Shown here piece after piece: positions 49,517 through 60,200 of a stretch of DNA of 64,000 nt. The translations under genes were made by a program, and so were the position numbers. Source of the DNA: Macrostomum hystrix (taxonomy: Eukaryota > Animalia > Platyhelminthes). The DNA lies in contig CATNEN010000010.1 in the NCBI GenBank assembly GCA_950097015.1, forward strand, positions 1,550,001 to 1,614,000, read 5' to 3'. The notes beneath the pieces were generated by a model that did no database searches, was not told the DNA's origin, and was given only the letters and a program-made list of their open reading frames with translations. Positions within the stretch are counted from its first letter, which is position 1. Every line of letters starts with the position of its first letter.

Positions 49517-51342
49517 TCACAGCTGGATGTCCTCCGTGGCAGCCCCTTCGATGCACTCCACTCTAAAGTTGCTAATCATCATGGCCACAACGCAGCCGAG
49601 TAAGAGCACTGGAATTGAAAAGAACACCAGCAAGAACACTTTGTCGGCCGAGATCACTACGGTGGCCCACTCGTTCTGTACAGGACTTCCTGGCATCTCT
49701 TTGTTAGACTCTTGAGACTGCTGACCATTTTTAACCATGGGTGAGGCCACAATCTTCTGAGAGCTCTTCCATGTGACGAGTCGGTTGAGGAAGAGTGCAC
49801 GGATGAGCCGATTGCTCACCTGGCTGCTGCCGTGCTGCCTGAAGTGGCAGCTGAGCACAAACGCATTGCACAGCACGTTCGAGATTGTCACAAGCACGGC
49901 CGAACTGAAGTACCAGGCTGAAATGAGCGATATTCTTTGGTGCGTTCCCAAATACTTTGGGTACAGAAATGAGACAAGCGAACAAGAGACTCACTGATGA
50001 GCGGCACAGACTCGCTCTGTGTGGGCGTGTAGGTCCCGGCCAGCTGCAGGAACACGCACATGGTCAGCACGATGGTGATGCTGAAGGAGATTCTCTCGCC
50101 GCACTCGGGCGGCAGGCAGAAGACAATGGCGGCGATCGCTAGCAGGAGTATGCTGGGCGTCAATATGTTGGCAACGTAGAAGGCTGGTGGCCTCTGAAAA
50201 AGTTGGTTCGCCTCCGATATGAAGAACGTACAGCTGCTTTTATGATGTTCCCGTTAGCTGTCACCGTGGCTCCCACAGCCAAAACGTACAAAAAACTTCG
50301 ACTGTGTGAAATTGAGCCAGGGCAACGTTTAAATAAATTTTTCGCACACAGCAACTTTTTTCTAAAAATTTTCCCACCTGAAACTTGATGTCAAAGTCTA
50401 CAAAATCCTGCCCTTCAACGTTTATCTTTTGGAGACGCAGCTGCAAGACGCAAAAATCTTGGCTCCTTGTTAGGTATCTTCCAGGCCATTCATTTTCGTA
50501 ACTTGAAGTCACATCAAGAAGCATGGAGCTGCGGTTTTGCATTCGAGACGTAAACCGCAGCCTGCAGGTCTGGGTATCGAAGGGAAAAAGGAACATCTGC
50601 ATCTTGCACTTTAGTGTGACGAGCAGCAGCAATCCTTGCGTAAGTGATCCGTCACTTTTGACAAGCACAGGTGACGGGTCCGGCGCCATTTCCTTCAGGT
50701 CGATTCTGAAATCAAGTCAGTGAATTGATTACCTCTGCTGGTAAAAAACATGATGCAAAACGGAACAAATCTAACAGACTTACGCATTAGCAAAAGCTAG
50801 GTCGGGTCTCCAAACCTGACTGGGTGGCTGAACGATGCTTGATATATGGTCGAATGACGAGTTGAATAATCGCAACCAGGCTAGTCTTGAGTCCGACCAT
50901 CTCTACAAAATGTGTAGTTATAAATGACCTAGGAGCCTGTTTGGTCACTAGGCAACGTCTGTCAGAAATTTATTATTATATTTCAGAAATGTTTCGATGC
51001 GAACCTTCTCAAGCCAGATCTGCAGCGTCACCTCCTGGGATGCCGAGTTCTGCAAAGGTGATGCAAATAAAGATATTGAACGGGGAAATTCTATGAAAAT
51101 GAGAAATCCCAGCCGTTAGAGCTTACCACACTGACAAGGCTGAACAGGAATGCGAACACCTTGAGTGTATTGGCAGTTCCATTGTCAGGGGGCGCTCGCA
51201 CAGCGCTGCTATATTCCGAGCCAAGCTTCAAAGCCGATACCAACGCTCCTTCGGAAAGTGCGACATTGGCTGCGGCTGAGACGACAGTGCCAGCAAGGAG
51301 AACAGCGACGCAGATACAGTTGCTGCAGCCGATTGAGGGCAT
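49517..51342 (-). CDS. Divergent nAChR-like Cys-loop ion channel subunit A, 435 aa; exons 51342-51127, 51049-51005, 50902-50784, 50705-50378, 50193-49995, 49917-49517
   Basis: Signal peptide, WxD, VWRPD, Cys-loop C-x13-C (CKMQMFLFPFDTQTC), M1-M4 with LPPECGERISFSIT. All six exons are GT-AG and in phase (1308 nt). Confidence 0.92.
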
Positions 51343-52134
51343 GCTGATTTCAGGTTAGACCGAAAAAACCGCTTCAGTCCGACGTTTCGGCCTTAATTTA
51401 TTGACTTCCAGGCGCTGCACTGTGTGCAATGGAAAGCTTTAATATTTGAGTCAAACATGCTCACGGAAATGGTTAATCTGCTGACTTTGCCAGCTCATGC
51501 TCTCTACTTATTTGCCGAGATTAATTTTCTGGTGGCTTTCTGCAGCACACTTACTTTTTTCTCATTCGCCGTCGATGGACCAAATATATAGGATTAGCTT
51601 GTGCTAATTCGTCAAAAAATTCGTCAAACAAAGCTGAATTAAACCTGGACTGTCCCCCATCCGCTAGGCAAGCTTTGGATTCAGTGGCAACTCGCCTTGT
51701 TGTTGGTTCCTGATTGCCTGACGATTTCGTTCTAATTTCTGAGGTGAGAGTACTTATCAGAAATTTGCTAATTTGGATTCAAAGCCTTCCATTAGCCATC
51801 AAAGTAGGATTGATGGCACTGACGCGATAGAACTACCAGCAACCGCAGTAGGCACCGAAATTAGTCCCATTGTGGATCGGTTCTCGTTGGCATCGTGCAG
51901 AGTGAAGTTCAGCCACTAGAATACGGAAGCTCAACAAGAATGCTTCGTACCAACTAAAATCAAAACGTATCAGACTGTAGTGTGAATGTCACCCTTCCAA
52001 GTTTAATGCTATTAGTCAAGAAGAAATCATTTGCGTTACCTTGATAATAAGGAAATAAATAACTCGCCCTAAAACCAGTCCGCTAACTTCACTAGCTGTG
52101 GCAAACACTCACCAGCCCGAAACGATACTAGCGT

Positions 52135-53028
52135 TGCCAAAGCAGTGGAGCAGCTACCGCTCGCAGTGACCTAATCTACAGAAGCCAGATCTCCAGCAGC
52201 AGTGGTGCAGCTACCGCTCGCAGTGACCAAATCTACAGAAGCCAGATCTCCAGCAGCAGTGGAGCAGCTACCGCTCGCAGTGACCAAATCTACAGAAGCC
52301 AGATCTCCAGCAGCAGTGGTGCAGCTACCGCTCGCAGTGACCAAATCTACAGAAGCCAGATCTCCAACAGCAGTGGTGCAGCTACCGCTCGCAGTGACCA
52401 GTTCTACAGAAGCCAGATCTCCAGCAGCAGTGGTGCAGCTACCGCTCGCAGTGACCTAATCTACAGAAGCCAGATCTCCAGCAGCAGTGGTGCAGCTACC
52501 GCTCGCAGTGACCTAATCTACAGAAGCCAGATCTCCAGCAGCAGTGGTGCAGCTACCGCTCGCAGTGACCAAATCTACAGAAGCCAGATCTCCAGCAGCA
52601 GTGGAGCAGCTACCGCTCGCAGTGACCAAATCTACAGAAGCCAGATCTCCAGCAGCAGTGGTGCAGCTACCGCTCGCAGTGACCAGTTCTACAGAAGCCA
52701 GATCTCCAGCAGCAGTGGAGCAGCTACCGCTCGCAGTGACCTAATCTACAGAAGCCAGATCTCCAGCAGCAGTGGAGCAGCTACCGCTCGCAGTGACCAA
52801 ATCTACAGAAGCCAGATCTCCAGCAGCAGTGGTGCAGCTACCGCTCGCAGTGACCAAATCTACAGAAGCCAGATCTCCAGCAGCAGTGGTGCAGCTACCG
52901 CTCGCAGTGACCAAATCTACAGAAGCCAGATCTCCAGCAGCAGTGGAGCAGCTACCGCTCGCAGTGACCAAATCTACAGAAGCCAGATCTCCAGCAGCAG
53001 TGGTGCAGCTACCGCTCGCAGTGACCAG
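52135..53028. repeat. 57-bp minisatellite (GCAGCTACCGCTCGCAGTGACCAAATCTACAGAAGCCAGATCTCCAGCAGCAGTGGT), about 15 copies, between the two Cys-loop genes
   Basis: Unit read directly. The 19-aa repeat ORFs are its translations. Confidence 0.95.
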
Positions 53029-53084
53029 TTAAAAGTGTTAAATCCGTTGAGTTAAGCATCATCCGAGAGTTTACGATTAAGCAC

Positions 53085-53159
53085 CGTTGTGGTGTCGGGA
53101 CTTGAACGTCTGACCATCAATTCGTGATTCCGACGCTCTAGCCACTAGGCTGCAACCCC
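53085..53159 (-). mobile_element. Degenerate tRNA-like element (SINE head or pseudo-tRNA)
   Basis: Minus strand reads GGGGTTGCAGCCTAGTGGCTAGAGCGTC...GTTCAAGTCCCGACACC, with A-box and B-box matches and a partial acceptor stem. It shares GCCTAGTGGyTAGmGCGTC with the element at 44754. Confidence 0.55.
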
Positions 53160-53708
53160 GTAGTGGATACGCTTCGTTAACAACTGCACAAACATACGCT
53201 TGCCAAATCCTGAGCCTGTACGCCTAAGTAACATATATACGAGCTCCTATATAAGTTAGACGCAGCTAAATAAAAAGAGTATTTCATTGCCAAAGTCAGA
53301 ATCTTCACAAATCATGCCTCTGAGTAATTCATTAACCGGTCGAAAAACCAATGCTTAGATCCTAGCCAAAAAGTATTTGTCTTTGTTGGATACGCAGGAA
53401 TAAAATTGCATCGGTCGCTACTAGAACATCAATCAATGAGTATTAGTCAACATCAGCATCGCAACATGTGCTGCGAACACGCTCGCAGCGAGTTTTCCAT
53501 CCATTACTCTTGACAACATCCCATGTTTTACTAATTGACGATTGCGCGGGTCACAACTCTGGACCAATCCATTGTGGTCTGAAATAAGTTAAATAACCTC
53601 AGTAAATAATGAATATACCAGTGCAAACAGTAGCCTGACATATATTGATGCAGGTGTGACATCCGTTGGTTTATTTTGCTTCACAGTTTCACCTGGTATT
53701 CTACTACT

Positions 53709-55428
53709 ATGTCCTCGATCAGGTGTCTCATTATCGCTAGCGCGATTCTCATCAGCCCCTTTCGCAACGGCGCCGCCGCCGACGTGCTGTCTCCCGACGC
53801 TGTGATAGCGGCTGCTCTAAAACTTGACGCTGAGTACAAAAGTGCCCTGCGGCCACCACCGGATGACGGCTCGGCCAACACCGTCAACCTTTTTGTCTAT
53901 TTAAACAGCCTTGTCAATGTGGTGAGGCGACCAACTCTAATCAATGATCATGGATCGCTTGTTCTGAGTCGCGCATTCCAGTAAGTGCTAAATTTAAGTG
54001 ACTCATTGCAGAACTCGGCATCCCAGGAGGTGACGCTGCAGCTGTGGCTTGAAAAGGTTGGTTTGGAAACTATGGAGCGTGTATTGTAAAAGTTTATTCG
54101 CGTTTGGAACCGGTTTAATTTTGTCATCCTACAATGAGGATTTTGGTTACCTCACTGAATTCCATGACAAGCATCCATTGCAGCGGTGGCAGGACTCTCG
54201 CCTGGCCTGGCTGGGGAAATTCAATGCAACTCTGGATGCGATCAAGTCGATACACCTGCCTTCGAGTCAGGTTTGGCTGCCCGATGCGACAGTGAAGGAT
54301 GTGTAAGAGGAGAATTTTGCAGATTTTCTGCTGACGTTTGAAATAATCCCGTATTTCGAAACACAACCTGTAGACTCAGCAGTGCCAAAACCTATGCAGG
54401 ATCGAACAGAAGGATGTCTCTCTGAACCAGTCTCCAGTTGTGCTCGTGTCGCACGATGGAACTGTTAATCACGGCCTGGAGCTGCTCGTCACATTCAAAT
54501 GCCAGTTGCAAATGTTCTATTTCCCATTTGACAGCCAAACTTGCAACCTAAGACTGTACTCGTCCATGCAGATGAACGGTGCAGTTGTCCTCAAGCGTGA
54601 CCCAGCTGGAATAAACGATTCAATGTCAAAATACTTGATTAGGAATAATGAATTCTGCATCAAGGAAGTGTTTTTTAATAGTAGTGAATTTTGGGGCTTC
54701 GATACAATGGTCTTCGGTCTTGTGTTTCAGGTAAGTGAATCAATAGTGCGTTTGGCAGGGTCCGATTAGACTTAAAAGCGGCTGAAACTTTCAGAGAAAG
54801 GCGGCCTTCTACATGGCCAACATACTGTTTCCTAGCGTCCTACTCCTCGCAATTTCCTCCATTGCCTTCTGCTTGCCACCCGACTGCGGCGAGCGAATGT
54901 CCTTCAGCGTCACCATCGTGCTGTCCATGTGCGTGTTCCTGCAGCTGGCCGGGAACTACACGCCCACGCAGAGCGAGTCCGTGCCGCTCATCAGTGAGGC
55001 CTTAGTGTTGTTGGGCACCAAATACAAGCAGCCATTGTGTAAACAAAAAACGTTTACTTTCAGCCTGGCACTTGAGTGCGGCAGTGCTCATGACAATGTT
55101 CAACGTTCTCTGCAATGCATTCGTGCTCGGCTGCAACTCCATGCAGCGGAGCAGTTACCATGTGGGCAATCGGCTAATACGTGCGTTCTTCCTTAACCGC
55201 TTGATCATCGGGAAAAGCTTGCGGAGTCGCGTCACACCTGATTCAGCGCAGCAGCAACCGAAGCTTCCCGCTGGCGAGAATTTGGCCGATTTCCATGTCA
55301 ACGAGTGGGCCATTGTTGTGTGTTCAGCGGACAAGATGTTTTTCTTAGTTTTTATTATGTTTACGGGCTTTACCATCGGGTTGGTTTCGGTGTTTGCGGC
55401 CACAATGACCAGCGCCCAGTGCATCTAA
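53709..55428 (+). CDS. Divergent nAChR-like Cys-loop ion channel subunit B, 423 aa; exons 53709-53921, 54012-54056, 54184-54302, 54400-54730, 54795-54993, 55064-55428
   Basis: Paralogue of subunit A with the same intron positions and phases (45-, 119- and 199-nt exons in both). Cys-loop CQLQMFYFPFDSQTC; LPPDCGERMSFSVT. Confidence 0.92.
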
Positions 55429-56205
55429 GAGTGTCCAGTGAGCAGCTTTAGAGTGAGAACGGAAATGAGCAGCTAGGCGATTCCGGCGATTGAGATCCTG
55501 GAACGTGAAGCCAGTAAAATACGAGTAAAGATGTTATCTCCGTCATTTACTCACTGCGCGCATCTCTAATTTCATACCATTATGCCGCATGCGTTCCATC
55601 AAATTTTAACTTTTTGTCGGCCTAATCTTTTTAATCTAAAGTAAAAAAATACGTAGCAATGGTCATTTTGTAGAGCCACCATCGAATCAGAATGATAATC
55701 ATTATTCTTGCTTAGATGCTTCTGTCTGTTGTGTCATTATTTCAGCTGCTCTTTCCCTACCTGTGGCTACTGACTACTAGCAAAAAAGTAACTAAAAATA
55801 AGCGCAACGCTTGTACGCATAAAACTGTTATCGCCTCAGAAACACCTGAGTAAGAGTACTTTAATCAATTTACGCTCGTATATACCACCAGCTCGGATTA
55901 TTGAGGACAGTTTATCACATGGCTTTAGAGATTAGTGATGAGACAATGGGAGATGGGACTGGAGAGATGGAGAGATTAGAGGTGCCAGGAGCATCTACGC
56001 TAGATGAGCTCTCAACAATTAGTTCTCAGCTGTCACGAAAAAAGACCGTGGAGTTGTGTCCATAGAAAGTCTGCAGCCAGTCTCTATGGCAACGAGTTGA
56101 CCATTGTCACGGCGAAACGCGTGGTTGGCGCTAACTTAATGACTCAATATATTTTTTCCAGAAGGTTTTCTGTGCATGCAGGTTGCAGCATTAGAAGAGG
56201 AACGA

Positions 56206-56328
56206 ATGACCTGCTAATTAACAGAATTCATCAACATAAATCAATCATGACCTGCTAATTAACAGAATTCATCAACGTAAATCAATCATGACCTGCTAAT
56301 TAACAGAATTCATCAACATAAATCAATC
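56206..56328. repeat. 41-bp tandem repeat, 3 copies (ATGACCTGCTAATTAACAGAATTCATCAACATAAATCAATC)
   Basis: Read directly. Confidence 0.9.
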
Positions 56329-57202
56329 AGAAGCATTATTAAAAAACTACATGTTGGCAGTTGGTAATTACAAGACCAGAAAAAATGCAGCACGGAAAAG
56401 GAGGAAGCAGAAGCGATCAGCGCGTGACACAGCTATGCCAGAGTCATCTCTGAGCTCACAGAAGCAAACCGGGATTTCGCTTTTGCCGGGATTTAGAAAG
56501 GTGTAAATTTATATTTTTCTATCAAATTACGAGGGATGAGGCAAAAGCACCCGGACTATCGCTTACCCTGAGGGCAAATATAAATGGAATTATCTTCCCT
56601 CTATACATCAAAAGCACGCCGCCGGCACCTTGACAACTTATCCACCAAGAGGACTCCTGAGCACAGAGGACTCGAGAGAAATTATGAACAAATCAGCTTA
56701 TATAAATAACATGTTTAATTGGGAACGTGGGTGTTAAAGCTGTATCAAAAATCATTATTAGAGAGTAAATATAATTCACCTGTTTCACATAATCGATATT
56801 AGAGAAAAACATGCGCAGCGCACACTACTAACACGAGTAGTCGGATTCAGCGATCAACGTGAACGACTCGACTCTGCGCGAAGAATCCATTCCTGCTGCC
56901 GGGCGAAGAGTAGCTGAAAATGTGAAAACAGTAAAAATTACGTAATTTTAGTACTACTCGGCGTGACTCGGCGGACAATGCGTGCAAAGTCAGAGCAGAG
57001 GTACCCCTGCGGGAGTGTGCCTGCCTCTGATGGCTGTGGTTCTACTGTCACTAAATAAATGTGTCCATAGCCCTCCTAAAAGTGTTAGTATAATTATTAC
57101 TCGTAGTTAGGAGAATCTAAGTTTGAAGGAAAATCCGCGGGAATTCCCTGGAACCTGCTATATAGAGACTATGGGGAGCTCGGGCAATGAGCAGCTGGCC
57201 AC

Positions 57203-60200
57203 TCACGCAGCCATGAGGTAGATTCTGCGCACACCGGACGGCCACTCGGCCAGCTTGTCCGACTCCACCCAGCGCCGATTCTGGCTGGCCGCATCCAGCG
57301 AGTAGAACAGCCGAACTCCGGGCAGCTCATGCGTCAGGCTGAAGCCGCCGGCCCCGCCAAGCGGCTTGGCGCCCGGCGGTGCCACGCGAAATTGAAGCCC
57401 CATTTTGGCCAGCCGAGAAAGCTCGCGGTGCCCGACGCTGCTGACGAATTCCGCCCAGTCGCGGCGGCGCTGCTTGAGCGCTTTGGGGGCGTCTTGACCG
57501 GCCTCCCATTCGCCACGGCGCCAGGCGCGTTCGGCTAGCGCCAGAAGGCGCGGCGCTAGCAGGCCGAAGACGTGCTCTGGTTGGCGCGCTGTCTCCGTCC
57601 AGAGGGCACCGGACAGGCCGAGAATGTCGGCGCCGGGGCCGGCGGAGGCGTCGGCTTCAGCGGCGTCGTAGGTGAAGACGGCGTGCAGGTCGGTGAAGTT
57701 GGCTGCCCAGTAGAGGCCGCGCTCTTCGGGATCGGGCTCCTGGCGAATGTCCAGGTAGAGCCGGTTGGCTGGCGCCATCAGCAGGCTGTAGCCGGCAGTG
57801 GCCAGGCTGCGCAACGAAGGCCGCGTGTGCCACGGCACGGCGACTACGCGGGGTGGACGGCGGGAACCAGCGGCCTGGTTGATTTAGGAAGAGGTACGAA
57901 TTGGAACCTGTGATCACATTGTGAGGAGTATTTAGGACCTGATTACACACATCATTCAGGATTTAGGAGTTCAACATCTGGGATCTGGGATCTCATCATT
58001 CAGGATCTAGGAGTTCAACATCTGGGATCTGGGATCTCATCATTCAGGATCTGGGATCTCGTCATTCAGGATCTGGGATATCATCATTCAGGATCTGGGA
58101 TCTCATCATTCAGGATCTGGAATCTTTTCATTCAGGATCTGGGATCTCATCATTCAGGATCTGGGATCTCATCATTCAGGATCTCGGATCTCATCATTCA
58201 GGATCTGCGATCTCATCATTCAGGATCTAGGATCTCATCGTTAAGGATCTGGGATCTCATTATGCAGGATCTGGGATCTCATCATTCAAGATCTGGGATC
58301 TCATCATTCAGGATCTGCGATCTCATCATTCAGGATCTAGGATCTCATCAGTTAGGATCTGGGATCTCATCAGTCAGGATCTGGGATCTCATCATTCAGG
58401 ATCTAGGATCTCATCAGTTAGGATCTGGGATCTCATCAGTCAGGATCTGGGATCTCATCATTCAGGATCTGGGATCTCATCATTCAGGATCTGGGATCTC
58501 ATCATTCAGGCAGATCCCATCATTCAAGATCTGGGATCTCATTATTCAGGATCTGGGATCTCATCATTCAAGATCTGGGATCTCATCATTCAGGATCTGC
58601 GATCTCATCATTCAGGATCTAGGATCTCATCAGTTAGGATCTGGGATCTCATCAGTCAGGATCTGGGATCTCATCATTCAGGATCTGGGATCTCATCATT
58701 CAGGATCTGGGATCTCATCATTCAGGATCTGGGATCTCATCGTTTGGGTCTGGAATCATATCATGTGAGATTTCTCATCTGGATCTGGATGTTCTACGAT
58801 AAAACACACTACTGTAAGGAGGCGTATGCTCATAGGAAAACGTATAACTTGTTACCAGGCTGCTGAGATTGAAAGGCAGCAAATTGGTGTCGGCGAATCC
58901 GTCGGCCCAGCCTAGCAGCGCTTGAACACCGGCATCAGCGGCGGCTTCCATGAGGCGGTGCAGGTTGATGCGGCTGACGATATCGGCGTCCACGAGCTGG
59001 TCAGGTCTGCTTTGACAAGAGTGAGGAATCACGAGTATGGGATATTGGGTCGCTAATAAAGTTACTCCAACTGTTCACCAAAAATCCCAGTTTTATTCAT
59101 TGGTAAAAATGATCAACTGTGACTCACCGAAGGCCAAGCATGCGGCGACAAGCGGGCGACTGGGTCCAGGTGCCGCGAGGCGCCTCATCGCCACCGAAGT
59201 GATACTCGAGCAGCGGATGGCCGGACTGCGAGTGCAGCTGCCTGGCACCGCTCAGGAGCTCCTGGATGAACTGGGAACCCGCTGGCATGCAGGGATTCAC
59301 GCTGTTGTTCGCAAACGCCTGGGGACTTCGCATGCCGCCTGGATCCTCTGGATCCAGCAGATCCGTGTGCCCAGCCTTGAATGGACGGAGGTGAGCATTG
59401 TAGACTCAGTCGAGTCAAGTAGAGAACTGTATTCAAGAACCAGCACATACGGACAGACAACCAGGACAGAGGGACAGACAACCAGGACAGAGGGACAGAC
59501 AACCACGACTGAGGGACAGACAATCAGGACAGACGGACAGACAACCAGGACAGAGGGACAGACAACCAGGACAGAGGTACAGACAACCAGGACAGAGGGA
59601 CAGACAACCAGGACAGAGGGACAGACATCTAGGACAGAGGGACAGACAACTAGGACAGAGGGACAGACAATCAAGACTCAAGAGGCAAGGTAAATCGGTC
59701 AGACGCAGGAAGGCTGACCTTCAAAGCCAGTATGGCGGCCAACGAGTGAGCGGGAGTGTCCAACTCGGGCACCACCCGGACGAACCGTCGGGCAGCGTGG
59801 CGCAGGATTTTCGCGTAGTCCTGGGCGCTGAAGCTGCCGCTGCCGGGCGCAGCGTCCCAGCTGTTCGGGTCCGAGCCCAGCTGTGGCGGCTGGGCGCAGG
59901 CGGGCCGAGCGACGCCGCTCAGCGGGTGGCACCGCCGGCTGGCGACGGGGAAAGCCGCAGTGACCGGCAGGCGGAGGCCCTCATCGTCGGACAGGTGCAG
60001 GTGCAGCCGGTTGAGCTTGAAGGCAGACATGGCGTCAATGATGCGCATCACCTGGGAGGCTGGCATGAAGTTTCGCGCCACATCGAGCATGAGGCCGCGG
60101 TAGGGCGCGCGCGGATAGTCGAAGATGCGACCAACGGTGAGGCGTCCGCCAGGCTGAAGCAGCGACACGAGCGACTGGGCGGCCCAGAATAGGCCGGCCG

